Shown here: piece after piece, positions 1 to 15,374 of the stretch
Position numbering within the stretch: the first letter of the stretch is position 1
Layout: the number at the start of each line of letters is the position of its first letter
From: Octopus vulgaris
Taxonomy: Eukaryota
Direction of reading: 5' to 3'
NCBI GenBank assembly: GCA_951406725.2
Contig: OX597834.1
Location: 11,160,001 to 11,224,000 of the forward strand
DNA: 64,000 nucleotides
Notes under the pieces: model-generated
What the model saw: the letters and a program-made list of their open reading frames with translations, nothing else
Databases searched by the model: none
What the model was told of the DNA's origin: nothing
Program-made: the position numbers and the translations under genes

Positions 1-583
1 GGAAAAGTGCCTTTCGTGCTACATATGTTTGGGTCTATATAGTAATACAAACATTACTTATGTCTATCTTCTGTATTTTTCTTTGTTTCCTACGTCGTAC
101 AGTTCCCAAACAGCGCAAAATATTTTTCACGCTGTGGAGACAGTTGCATTACACATCGATGCTTACATCAAAACCATAATGATTCCCGATAGAGCAATTT
201 ATGACGCTATGCCTATAGTTTATTTTCAATATATTGTTGTTATTGTGGCGTTTATATTACTGCTTGCACCTTCCTCCATTTCATTCACTATTTATTGTAA
301 GTTCCGGTTTGTAACACCTTAAACGTCTTCTGGTTTTGCATTCCTTGTTGTCTACATGGCTTCCATTGTTCGGGTTGTGACAAAAATCTATTTTATTCGT
401 TTCTCTTCTCTCACATTATTTCTGTCGAATTTTATAAATGCCTTGTATTTAAATGGTCCAACGTTAATACTTTATTCTTGATAGCGAAGCATCAGAAATT
501 TAGTGACATTCAAAGCTTATTGGGTGAGATATTAGCTGGGAATTACATGGCGGTGGAATTTAAAATATAATATTATATTGAAT

Positions 584-865
584 GTGGAGGCGCAATGATC
601 CAGTTGTTATGGCAGCGGACTCGCTGTCGGAAGATCACGGTTTCGATTCTCAGACCGGGCATTGTGTGTGTTTATTGAGCGAAAACACCTAAAAGTTCCA
701 CGAGGCTCCGCCAGGGGGTGGTGACGAACCCTGTTGTACTCTTCCGCTTAAAACTTTCTCTCACTCTTTCTTCCTGTTTCTTGAGTAACGCGGGCACATA
801 CGCCACAGAAACCGGGAAACCGGCTCCATGAGCCTGGCTAGGCTTGAAAAAGGCGAAAAGAAAAG
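584..865 (+). mobile_element. tRNA-headed SINE family B, tail type 1
   Basis: Head GTGGAGGCGCAATG...GGTTTCGATTC (A/B-box-like); tail ACATACGCCACAGAAACCGGGAAAC shared with the 9733 copy; 15-bp TSD AATATTATATTGAAT at 569-583 and 866-880. Confidence 0.85.
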
Positions 866-886
866 AATATTATATTGAATAAGAAT

Positions 887-1097
887 GCGGCGTGCTGGTC
901 GAATCGTTAACACATCGGCTAAAATGCATAACAGGATTTCGACAGTTTTCACGTTATAAGTTCAAATTCTTCAGAGGTGGTCTTTGCCTTTCATCCTTTC
1001 GTTGTCGTTAAAATAAATACCAGCTGAGTACTGGGGTTGATGCAATTGATTCAACCTTTCCCCGAAACAGAAGGCTTTGTGCCAAAATTCGAAATCG
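887..1097 (+). mobile_element. SINE family C, diverged monomer
   Basis: GCGGCGTGCTGG head, GTTCAAATTC B-box, body TTTGCCTTTCATCCTTTCG shared with many copies in the window. Confidence 0.75.
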
Positions 1098-1120
1098 ATA
1101 TGTACCTATGCATATGTGCA

Positions 1121-1176
<56 letters not shown>

Positions 1177-1375
1177 TGTTTGTGTCTTCTTCTTCCAATC
1201 AGGACTCACGCCATTAGCCACAAAGAATAATCTCTAATTCGAACCTACTCTAAGCTACTAAGAATGCGTTTTGGCGTGTTGTAACTTAAAAATCCACCCA
1301 CCACATGCGATAGACTGGCGGTTGCACGGGCGCGAAAGCTACGTTGTTAACCTCATTCCGTAAACGGTGGATTTT

Positions 1376-1741
1376 CCATGCTGGAGCACCGCCTTTAATG
1401 AAGCAAATCGACCCGGGACTTATTCTTTGTAAGCCCAGTACTTATTCTATCGGTTTCTTTTGCCGAACCGCTAAGTGACGGGGACGTAAACACACCAGCA
1501 TCGGTTGTCAAGCAATGCTACGGGGACAAACACAGACACACAAACATACACGCACATACATATATATACATATATATACGACAGGCTTCTTTCAGTTTCC
1601 GTCTCCCAAATCCACTCACAAGGCATTGGTCGGCCCGGGGCTATAGTAGAAGACACTTGCCCAAGTTGCCACGCAGTGGGACTGAACCCTAAACCATGTG
1701 GTTGGTAGACAAGCTACTTCTCACACAGCCACTCCTGCGCC
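1376..1741 (-). mobile_element. tRNA-headed SINE family A
   Basis: Reverse complement of GGCGCAGGAGTGGCTGTGT head, internal (TA)/(TG) tract and GGCGGTGCTCCAGCATGG tail; about 17 copies in the window. Confidence 0.9.
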
Positions 1742-2649
1742 TATATTTAATTACATTTAAGAAATCGATATTTTATTATATTTCATTATCTTTCCTATTC
1801 AGTAAAATGGATATCGAAGTATTATGTGGTCGACACACAAACTCAAAGAAGAAATTCGCTCTAGCAGGCAATATTCCATTCGCATGCGTTTGCTAAAGTT
1901 ATTTAACTTTACTTTTGTCAGTTATATGTATTTCTTTATTACATGCACTGAATCTGTCCTGTGTTAAATAACTTTGTTTCTATGTGTTTATTGGACGAAC
2001 AGTTTTTGCTGACGTAATGGAGAAGCTTCTGGTAGAGCGAGCTGCATGGAATTTGCACTCGAGCTTACTTAGAAGAAAAGGAAATCTCAAATCGATGAAG
2101 GATATAGGCGTTTACAAATGTTCCTTTCACCTTTGAGATGTCGAAAAGCAGGAGAGTGTTGGCAAGGAGAATATTTGTTAATGTTGTAAATGGATTGCCC
2201 CCTCGTGGTAATGGAATGCACTGCGGAAATTCTATAGAAAAATGTTGTATTGCAGTTTATCTATTCTATATTAGCTGTATCTTTTATGTGTTCTTCGAAT
2301 AGTTGAATCGATTTATTGATAAATGACATAAAAGGCTAAAAACGCGCAAAAACCGTTGGATAGATTTAGAGATATATAAGAAACAGGTGAAACGCAAGAG
2401 AACTGGAAACAGAAATATTCCAACTAATTGTATACCTTTATATATGGGGTGCAGATAAGGAAGGAGTCAATAAAGGTACATATATTTACGGATATCGACT
2501 TCTTAGCCGATAAGTTGCATTTTATTTTTATTATGTTATTTGTTTGTTATGAAGGTAAAGAAAAAAAATGGTGATTTCTTTTGTTCTTCATTTACTTTTA
2601 GTTTTTTTTTCTCTAACGTGTACGAAATGAATATAAATTTTACACCTGC

Positions 2650-2698
2650 AAATCTCACCCACACATACAATATATATATATATATTCACACACACACA

Positions 2699-2759
<61 letters not shown>

Positions 2760-2849
2760 GCCTTCATATATATATACAAACATATATATATATACATTTA
2801 TATCTGCCTTCATATATATTTATATATATATATTCATGCATGTATGCAA

Positions 2850-2884
<35 letters not shown>

Positions 2885-2987
2885 AATATATATCTGCCTT
2901 CATATATATATACAAACATATATATATATACATTTATATCTGCCTTCATATATATTTATATATATATATATTCATACATGTATGCAA

Positions 2988-3044
<57 letters not shown>

Positions 3045-3159
3045 TATATCTGCCTTCATATATATATACAAACATATATATATATACATTTATATCTGCC
3101 TTCATATATATTTATATATATATATTCATACATGTATGCAAACACACACACATATATTT

Positions 3160-3210
<51 letters not shown>
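2650..3210. repeat. (TA)n compound microsatellite with higher-order unit (TCTGCCTTCATA...)
   Basis: Direct inspection. Confidence 0.95.
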
Positions 3211-3213
<3 letters not shown>

Positions 3214-3480
3214 TATAATGTGCATGGAGATTAAAGAATTGTATGCTGAAATGTTAGAATATTGAAAATTTGTATTTTTAAGGAAAGAAATGCAGAAGAT
3301 TATACAAAGATAATTTTAAAACTAAGGTGTATCAAAAATAGCAAATCACAGGGGTGAGTATATATTTATTTGTTATTCTGAAGGCTTAATATTTCCCTTC
3401 TTTCTTTATTTCCTAGGAGTGCTACTGAACTATCAAAGAAAACGTTAAAAATAACAATAAATTGCAACGTATTTCAAGTA

Positions 3481-3920
3481 TTATATATATATATATATAT
3501 CTGATATATATATATACATATATATCTATATATATATATATATATCTTATACTATATATATATATATCTTATACTATATATATATATACTATATATATAT
3601 ATCTTATATATATATATATATCTATATATATATATATATATCTTATACTATATATATATATCTTATACTATATATATATATCTTATACTATATATATATA
3701 TATATATCTTATATATATATATATATATATCTATATATATATATATATATTATACTATATATATATATATCTTATACTATATATATATATATATATATAT
3801 CTTATACTATATATATATATATATTATACTATATATATATATATCTTATACTATATATATATATATATATATCCCTGCTCTTGTAGAAATAATATAAATA
3901 GAGATATAAAAAAAAAATTA

Positions 3921-3956
<36 letters not shown>

Positions 3957-4311
3957 AATTTTCTATATATATATATATATATATACAAAAAAAAAAAATC
4001 TTATATATATATATATATATATATCTTATACTACATATATATATATATATCTTATACTATATATATATATCTTATACTATATATATATATATCTTATACT
4101 ATATATATATATCTTATACTATATATATATATATCTTATACTATATATATATATATATCTTATACTACATATATATATATATATCTTATACTACATATAT
4201 ATATATATATATACTTATACTACATATATATATATATATACTTATACTATATATATATATATATATATATCTTATACTATATATATATATATATATCTTA
4301 TACTATATATA

Positions 4312-4351
<40 letters not shown>

Positions 4352-4385
4352 TATATATAAATATGTATATGTATATATATATACA
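3481..4385. repeat. (TA)n-CTTATAC compound satellite
   Basis: Repeated TCTTATACTA motif separated by variable (TA)n runs. Confidence 0.95.
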
Positions 4386-4787
4386 CATGCACGTGAATAC
4401 GTATATTATGTTTGTTAAGAAGTACATATGCCAAACCAAAAACGCAATAAATAATACTAGTTAACACTGAAATTTAATATGTAATTAATATTATACAGAC
4501 GTTAACTATGGTTGTATATAGCGGGGTAATTTCTTACCAGAGGAAATAAATATTACGCTCCTGTGTTATGTTTAGTAATTTATGAGCCATAGTTAATTTT
4601 TATATCAAAGCGAATAGGCTTGCCATTATTTGTAGACCAATTCAACGAAATGATGCCGAGAAAATAAAATTATCAATTGTATATAGGTCTCTCGACCTAG
4701 TAAGTAAATGTTGATGGGTAATAATTTCAAATTTGATGATTTCGTTGTTGAGATTACATTTAATTTTCTTGTTATATATTCAGTTAC

Positions 4788-4880
4788 GTGGAGGCGCAAT
4801 GGCCCAGTGGTTAGGGCAGCGGACTTGCGGTCGGAGGATCACGGTTTCGATTCCCAGACCGGGCGTTGTGTGTGTTTATT
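4788..4880 (+). mobile_element. SINE B head fragment
   Basis: GTGGAGGCGCAATGGCCCAGTGGTTAGGGCAGCGGAC...GGTTTCGATTCCCAGACC, truncated after about 90 bp. Confidence 0.85.
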
Positions 4881-4956
4881 GACAGATATTCATAAGAGAT
4901 CCATGTGAATGATGGTGCTATGTGACATTTAAATAAACTACTACTAATAATAATAA

Positions 4957-5143
4957 TTTCAAATTTTGCCACAAGGGCAACCTTTTGGGAGGGCAGATGA
5001 GTTGATCACATCGATCCCAGCGTTCAACTGGTACCTATTTTATCGACTCCGAGGGAAGAAAGGCAAAGTCGACTTCAACGGAATTTTAAGTTTGACCGTA
5101 AGGACGGACGAAATGCCGCTAAGCATTTTACCCGGCGCGCTAA
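4957..5143 (-). mobile_element. SINE C, diverged
   Basis: GAAAGGCAAAGTCGAC body motif in reverse orientation. Confidence 0.7.
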
Positions 5144-5261
5144 GGATTAATTGGTAATAATAGAATGCCGTTTATAAATTCGTGTTCCTGATTCTGTGTG
5201 CATGCGGGTGTATAATAGAAACCATATTTACTTCACTTTGTTTACAATAATTTGCTGAATG

Positions 5262-5680
5262 GGATCTTATGCGGTTTGAACGGCAGTTTTTAACATAATT
5301 TCTAGGTAACTAAACACTTTTAAACTTCGTATACTGGTAGAATGTGTTTATAAAACATCTCTTTCTCTTGGCTTTATTGAGAAAATTCTATAGTTTGTAA
5401 GATATTTGTGGTTTTTTTTCTTCAATTTCTGCAATTTCAACCAATCAGTGACGTCCATTGAAGTGAAAACATTCTGTGCCGTATGAATATGTTCCTCTTT
5501 TATGAAACAGATTGGGTTTATTTACATTTGTGAAGAAAAATATACCCTTCCCCCCACCCCTAACTAACCCCAACCCTAAAACAGGTTGAAATGCAATAGA
5601 TCGATACTAGGGTCATAATTATGGGTGACAATTTCATATGACACCGCTAGAAAAAACTGCCGTTCAAACAGAAAAGGTCC
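5262..5680. mobile_element. Non-autonomous DNA transposon (MITE) with ~30-bp TIRs and 8-bp TSD
   Basis: TIRs GGATCTTATGCGGTTTGAACGGCAGTTTTT / AAAAACTGCCGTTCAAACAGAAAAGGTCC; exact TSD GCTGAATG at 5254-5261 and 5681-5688. Confidence 0.85.
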
Positions 5681-6107
5681 GCTGAATGTAAATCACACTT
5701 CATAGAAACGATAGGTTTTATATATGGAAAATCTTATTACAAAGCCGCAAATTAACCGTATAACCTCTATATTAAAATATATGCCAATTAACACCATCTG
5801 TTATTTTTTTAACATCATAGACGCGGTTCTACATTATTCTATCCTTCTTTATTTTAAGGTATTATTCTGTTCTTTGTGTATGATTTGTTAATCATTTCCA
5901 ACAGGTCAGGTTCAAGATACGTCTATTTTCACATTGCAAGCTCACCTCATGCTAGCTTAAACCTCATCCATTAAAAATTTCAATCGTTCACGACTTAACA
6001 ACACTTCCCTGATGGCAATGTTTGACCTAAGGAAATATTAGCTTGTATTTCTAGCGGATCGAACGAATTTTTTGTTTTTTCTTTTTAATATTGCAATGTT
6101 TGTTTTG

Positions 6108-6260
6108 GCAGCAGCTAGCAGAATAGTTAGCACGCATAGCGGCATTTCGTCCGTATTGTTTGCTCTGAGTTCAAATTTCGCCGAGGTCCACTTTGCCTTT
6201 CATTTTTTCTGGATCGAAAATAAAGTAGCAGCTAAGCACTGTAATTGGATTAATCGACGT
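6108..6260 (+). mobile_element. SINE C, diverged
   Basis: GAGTTCAAATTTCGCCGAGGTCCACTTTGCCTTTCAT. Confidence 0.7.
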
Positions 6261-6816
6261 AATTCATCCTCACACATTACTGACCTTCTAGGAAAAATTT
6301 AAATCAATATTATAGTGTTTGTTAAACCTGTGGTATGTTGAATATATACCGCTAGGTCTAGTTTATTTTTGGGTTATAAAAAGGCCAGCCTTAAATATAT
6401 TTGTTGTGCAAGATTTTTTATGTGAAGTCGTGTGTTGAAACAGATATTGCTATATTTCGGAATGGTCATTTTTCCAGTTTAGCCAATAAAAACACACGCA
6501 CTATATATTTGGTGTTATTTTGCTTCAGTGTTATTTACTTTTTACATTAATCTTAATCTTATTTCAGCCAGTGTTCTTTCGTCACTGGCTAATCTGTCAA
6601 AATGACCGTTCCGAAATATAAAAATACTTAAATATATTCTTTGCGGTGTTATTGTGAGAAGTTTGCCATTCATTCTTCCATCTAATGTCTTTCATTTCTC
6701 TTTTTCTTTTTCTGCTTTACATTGCGATACGCTACACAGTCAGCGATCCATCTGAGTGACCACTGATTCTCTTATTAACTACCAAAACAGGGGCTAACAA
6801 ACACATCTCAAATAGT

Positions 6817-7174
6817 GCGTGGCACCTTGGGCAAGTGTCTTCTACTATAGCCTCGGGACGACCAAAGCCTTGTGGGTGGATTTGGTGGACGGAAACTGAA
6901 AGAAGCCCGTCGTACATATGTATATATGTATATATATATTCATATATATATATATATATATATATGCGTGTATGTGTTTGTCCCCCTAGTATTGCTTGAC
7001 AACTGATGCTGGTGTGTTTATGTGCCCGTTACTTAGCGGTTCGGCAAAAAGAGACCGATAGAATAAGTACTGGGCTTACAAAAAAATAAGTCCCGGGGTC
7101 GAGTTGCTCGATTAAAGGCGTTGCTCCAGCATGGCCGCAGTAAAATTACTGAAACAAGTAAAAGAGTAAAGAGT
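6817..7174 (+). mobile_element. SINE A, 5'-truncated
   Basis: Matches the family A body and (TAAAAGAG)n tail. Confidence 0.9.
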
Positions 7175-8031
7175 AATGGATATTGGTGGTTGTTTCAGGA
7201 ATAATTTTATATCGGCTTTCAATAGGGGAAAACCATTAGTGATTGTCAGAGCCAGCACTGGAAGACAGTTAAGGTTAGTGTATTTGCGTTTTTAAGTGTA
7301 GAGGTACCTAAAATTATTTCGATCTCAATATCGATTATGTGTAAAGAAACAAAGTTGTTAAAGTGTTTCCTTCTTGCTTTTGTTGTTGCACTAATTCTAA
7401 TATATATATCTGTTCTAGCAGATATATATCAGACCACAACTCGACTTCTATATGTACTTAATTATTCAGTCTTCATCAGCAGGTGTCTTTTGTATTCTGT
7501 TGAAACGGGGGAAAACTACCACGCTGTATTGTAGTCGTGTGTAGATAACATTTGTGTTCGTTGACTAAGAAAACTGAAAGACTGTAATCCCTGCATAACT
7601 GCATGAGTGCCTGGAGCTAACAGCATGGACATCATTACTGTACAAGAAGTGTGAGAGACAAAAAAAGGACTACTGAATTAACAATACTTTCCTGAATTCA
7701 TTATTAGTATCTGTGAGTGACAGGATAGACACAGTATCGTCTGAAGTGTAATTCTCTATTCGTGTTTAACTAAACAGATTGAGTAGCTATGCAAATTGAT
7801 TAAGTGGTTGTTGCCAACGAGTTCTGATAAAGGACAGCTGTGCATTGTTATTATATCAGCACAAAGCAAACTTTAATGAAAGACATTCAAATAATCCACC
7901 ATCTTTAACGATTTGTTTCAGATATAGTGTATGTTATTCTATCGTATGTACGTTCCATTTCTCAGCTGTTAAGGTGAAAGCGGTAGTTCTAACTACTATG
8001 TGAAGCAATTTCAGAGACTTATTATAGACTC

Positions 8032-8593
8032 AGAGACTTATTATAGAAATAAGACGGCGGATAGTACTAGGTAGAGAGGCAATGGTCAGCATGAGCAGGG
8101 TCTGGAAGAGTAGAGACATCAGACTCGCTACCAAATGCAGATTGGTGAAGGCAATTGTCTTCCCAATAGCAACATATGGATGCGAGACCTGGACACTAAA
8201 GAAAGCTGACCAGAAGAGAATTAATGCATTCGAGCTTTGGTGTTGGAGAAGACTTTTTCGGATTCCATGGACAGCGAGGCTCACCAATGGAGAAGTTCTT
8301 AAGCAGATAAGGCCGAAAATGTCACTAGAAGCTAGGATCACCAAGCATAGATTGTCATATTTCGGTCATATTATGTGGAGAAAATCCCCGGAGAAGGACA
8401 TCATGCTCGGAATGGTCAGTGGCAAGAGAGGAAGAGACCGACCAAGAACCCGCTGGTTGACACCATCAAGAGTGATACCGGAATGAACATAGCCAATCTG
8501 AAAGAAGCGGCCCAGGATAGAACTGACTGGAGGACACTGATCCATCGAATAACCGAGAGTCGACTTCGACTGAGCGGATAGATAGATAGATAG
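8032..8593 (+). mobile_element. RTE-clade LINE 3' fragment (RT C-terminus, frameshifted)
   Basis: Translation TKCRLVKAIVFPIATYGCETWTL...AFELWCWRRLFRIPWTAR...GKRGRDRPRTRW is typical of RTE/BovB; (GATA)n tail; approximate TSD ATTATAGA(C/T)TC. Confidence 0.92.
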
Positions 8594-9491
8594 ATTATAG
8601 ATTCGTTGAGTGGCATTAAATTTATACCAATATTAGAAAACTCTCCTGCGTATGTGGCTTTCGTGGAGGTTACAAATGATGAGAAACATATTCAAGCAAA
8701 TTATGGCATTTGATTTTTTTTTTAAATGTTTGCATCACATTTCAGGCATTTGATTGCGAGGGCAATGAATTATTGAAGAGCAACATAAAAGATTTTAGTG
8801 GTAATTGTGTATAACGCGCACAATAATTCTAACTGATGTAATTAAAGCAAAAAATTGCTTTCAATACGGGTAGCCCTACGATGACCGTCTCGTCATTTTT
8901 ATGTCTAAATTTAAGGAGAGAAGGGTATGATTTAATTCAAATTCTGCTTCTAATACTAGGAGGTCATCTAAGCGCAAAGTTGATCTCGCGTAACTGTAGA
9001 TGGCAAGCACAAACTTAAATTCATATTAAAGATGGACAATAGCTGAAACTAGAACTATTCTACGACGAATAAGAACACATACAGACGTGTTAAATGCAAT
9101 TTCGCTGTGGTTTTGTGCTGTGTTTATAGAAAAATCTTGGTTGAATAGTAAGAGACAAATGTGAAAAGTATAGGAAATCACTATTTGGCAAGAAACCAGA
9201 AAACTTGAATGTAGTTTGGGAATTGCAAGCAAATCTTCTTGGCGCAATTCAGTTTTACAGATACACAGAGCGAAGCAAACTATCAGGTACATACTCAAGT
9301 GCAAGGCTCTATTGTGTGCAGTATAAACGTTTTTAATTTCTCATCGCCAGCTGTGCGATACACTGATGCATCCTTAGTATCAGAAATATTTACCGTTGCT
9401 GCTTAGTTCCAGATAATCCCACACCAAGTCTTCGTTAATCGGTCTAACCACGACCATCATGTAAATTTGAATATAAATATATATATATATA

Positions 9492-9696
9492 AAGGCGGCG
9501 TGCTGGGCGAAATGCTTAGCAGGTATTTCATCTGTCCTTACGTTATGAGTTCAAATTCCGTAAGGTCGACTTTACCTTTCATCCTTTGGGGGGCGATAAA
9601 TAAAGTACCAGTTTCGCACTGGAGGGGGGGCGATGTAAACGACTTAATCCGTTTGTCTGTCCCCTCTATGTTTAGCCCCTTGTGGGCAATAAAGAA

Positions 9697-9698
<2 letters not shown>
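9492..9698 (+). mobile_element. SINE C monomer
   Basis: Head, body and TTTAGCCCCTTGTGGG...AATAAAGAAAT tail, sitting in a (TA)n tract. Confidence 0.85.
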
Positions 9699-9731
<33 letters not shown>

Positions 9732-9732
9732 T

Positions 9733-9901
9733 TGTGGCAATGGCCCAGTGGTTAGGGCAGCGGACTCGCGGTCGGAGGATCGCGGTTTCGATTCCCAGAC
9801 CTGGCGTTCTGTGTGTTTATTGAGCGAAAACACCTAAAACATTCACGGGGCTCCGGCAGGGGGGTGAGGTGGCGACCCCTGTTGTACTCTCTCGCTACAA
9901 C

Positions 9902-9943
<42 letters not shown>

Positions 9944-10061
9944 TGTTTCTTGAGTAACGCTACGATGGACTGCCGTCCTGTCCAGCTGGGGCGGATGGAA
10001 CACATACGCCACAGAAACCGGGAAAACGGGCCCATGATCCTGGTTAGGCTTGAAAAGGGCG
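9733..10061 (+). mobile_element. SINE B, tail type 1
   Basis: B head, internal (CT)n, tail shared with the 584 copy. Confidence 0.85.
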
Positions 10062-10649
10062 ACGTTTTTTATATGTACATTATCGACTCAAAATTTGCTA
10101 CAGCTACAATAGAACCGTACTCTGTAACTCAAAGGAGATGCGGCTGCTATTTCTAGCCTGTCTAGCAACTTCATAGAATTTTTACTATAGTAGGTAAGAG
10201 GCAACAATTTACTTTTTGCGTTTATCCTTCTTTATCCGCATTCTTCTTAACACAGACACATCACAACGCTTAATGAAATAATTATCCGAGTTTTTTTTTT
10301 TCTGTGTGTGATATTCATTATTCAGTAATGTCTGAGAAACATAATATTAAACCTTCACAATGCATCCTTCTGGTGACATCAATTATTCTAATTATCGATG
10401 AGTAACTATTCTGTATTTTCGATTATGCATTTTATGTTCTGCTAACAGATGTCTGCGCTTCAGGAGTACCTATTCATTCACTGTCAGATACGGAAAAAAA
10501 CATACATACATACATACATATATACATACATACATAAATACGTACATATATTCTTTTCTTTCCTTTCCTAAGCGTCCAATAATATAGTACTTGTACAACA
10601 TCCACGCATTGGTATTTTTCTTGCTTCTTCTTGTTTGGATTGACTACTT

Positions 10650-12830
<2,181 letters not shown>

Positions 12831-13179
12831 GTCAGCGTATGTGTTCATGCGAGTAAGGCGCTTCTTTAATTTCAATAAGTGCAAAATAGGTCGTTAAACT
12901 TTAAGCGGTCATATACTTTAATTATGGATGTTGGTATACAAGAAGCGATGAGATGGAGGAAAATAAAGAGACACTGATACATGTACGGTGGGAAATCGGA
13001 TTAAGCTGCAATACGTGCGAGAGAAAATGGAAAAGACCAACAACACATCACGTACCAAATATAAACAAAAACAAATCACACAGAAAATGTGTTCTAGTTT
13101 TAAACTTCATTTTCTTCATTCTGTGTAACAGTGTGTCTTTTGTGTTTTGTTCAAATGTCTTTTATTGATTTCCCATTCG

Positions 13180-13235
13180 TATTATTATTATCATTATTAT
13201 TATTATTATCATTATTATTATTATCATTATTATTA

Positions 13236-13288
<53 letters not shown>

Positions 13289-13617
13289 TGTTATTATTAT
13301 TATTTTTATTATTATTTTTATTACTACTACTACTACTACTACTACTACTATTATTATTATTACTGTTATTATTGTTGTTATTGTTGTTGTTGTTACTGTT
13401 GTTATCATCACCACCGTCATCATCATTATTATCATTATTATTATTATTACTACTACTACTACTACTACTATTATTATTACTATTATTGTTGTTGTTGTTG
13501 TTGTTGTTACTGTTGTTATCATCATCACCGTCATCATCATCATCATTATTATTATTATTATTACCATTATTATTATGATTATTATTATTATTATTATTCG
13601 TATTATTATTATTATTC

Positions 13618-13660
<43 letters not shown>
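13180..13660. repeat. Compound trinucleotide array (TTA/CTA/TTG/TCA)n
   Basis: Direct inspection; includes an internal duplication of the TTA-CTA-TTG-TCA block. Confidence 0.97.
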
Positions 13661-13662
<2 letters not shown>

Positions 13663-13950
13663 GTTTTCTTTTCCTTTGTTTTGTCATGTTTGAATGCACA
13701 GTGTAGGTATTGACTACTGGAAAATGAAATTAACGTTCTCACTTTTTTTCCCATCAGGTCTGGAAATTAGATAGAAATTTGTTTCCTTAGGATATTTCCA
13801 GTTCCATGCAATGCAGATTTGTCTATAGTAGTATGTTGTTGGTTTTGATTGTGTCTATGTTTTGCTTTTGCTATATTTGTTCTTGTTCGAGGTAAAATAG
13901 AAGCTTATTTTAGGAATAGAATTCTAGAGATGTTCCAGCTTTTATAAAGA
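13661..13950 (-). mobile_element. R4/Dong-type (RLE) non-LTR retrotransposon 3' relic
   Basis: Minus strand encodes IDKSALHGTGNILRKQISI*, resembling the R4/Dong C-terminal QKSALLGTAxILRK motif; a short 3' UTR runs into (TAA)n. Confidence 0.65.
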
Positions 13951-14261
13951 TTACGTATATTTCTCTTTCTGCATTGTTCAAAATTCGAACAACATCTAAC
14001 AATTCTCATCAATGTTACATAAACTATTTTTGTTAGCTTTTGTAGTTTTCAATTTAGTCTCTCGCTAGCATTTGTCACTAAATTGCGTGCATGCTAAATA
14101 AACCAGCATCGTTAAGGTTTTACTTCATCGCACCGAACCCTGTATAAATTTTATCGATCCAATAAATACTACGTTCATTTTTAACTTAGCTCTGCGTCAT
14201 ACACATGTATTTGGCAAAATATATGTTAATTCAAATAACGAAGAGGCAAACTTTACCCAAA

Positions 14262-14453
14262 GTAATATAGATTACTACCCGTGGCCCAGCACAAAGGACG
14301 AATTAGTCATTGGACAAAATATTATTCATATAGAAATATAATTAAGGGCTCCTAAATAAGGATGCCAACATTTGTTTATGATTTTCACTCTCGATAAATT
14401 TATCTCTTTTTTGTGTCCCTAGCACTTAGCATCCTTATTTAGGAGCCCTTAAT

Positions 14454-14458
<5 letters not shown>
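14262..14458. mobile_element. Fold-back fragment of the repeat also at 22260-22420 (putative Penelope pLTR)
   Basis: Homologous to 22260-22420; ~30-bp inverted arms ATATAATTAAGGGCTCCTAAATAAGGATGC with an inverted spacer. Confidence 0.65.
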
Positions 14459-14490
<32 letters not shown>

Positions 14491-15068
14491 ATACATATAT
14501 ATGTATATACATACATGTATATTCATATAAATATATGTGTGTGTATGTATGTATGAATGAATGTATATTTAAAAACACGAGTAGCGATGGCTTCTTTGGG
14601 GTAATTTCTATTTTAATAATGATGCTTACACTGATTGACTCTGGTATGAGTTTCAAGTTTCAAATAGATATTTTCAAACTGGAAAGTGCATGTTGCTTAG
14701 ATAACAAGAATTCTTTTTTTCTTTACTAGTATACAACCAAAATAATATAAACACAAAAATGGAAAAATATATTTTTAAAAGATACAAAATCATGTGTGTA
14801 CAAGAAGTAGTAGTTGAAGAAGAAGAAGAAGAAGAAATAAGTAAATCAAAATAAAGATAGAAATAAAAATAAATACAAAATAACGATAAAGATAATAATG
14901 ATGTCTAATACTAATTTAGAATGGAGGAAGAAGGAGATCTATGGCTAACAAGAATAAAGAAATGTAATACTTTGGAGCAATCAATATTGCGAATTGTCAA
15001 AATATAACGATTTGAGGTCACCTATTCAGATTTGAGGCCACTTATTCAGTTTTCACTAATGGTATATG

Positions 15069-15115
<47 letters not shown>

Positions 15116-15333
15116 ACTAATATACCTACACTCCTCTTAACTCTGATGCCTATGCATGTACTCACATATATGCATACACTTACATGCATACATATACATA
15201 CATATATATACACATTTACACCAGATACACACGCGCATGCACACATGTACACACATACACACATAGGAGAGTGTACATCCATACATATATTCCTATATAT
15301 AAGTTATACATACATACATGTACCTACACATAC

Positions 15334-15374
<41 letters not shown>

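Noticed and set aside
7430-7485. Minus-strand CTGATGA with a GACT/AGTC stem as a possible hammerhead; similar partial motifs at 46351 and 46744
   Set aside because: No GAAA core at the required position.
13131-13754. Poly-I/L/N ORFs, and poly-M/D ORFs at 27351-27853
   Set aside because: Trinucleotide repeats open in several frames; no protein signal.
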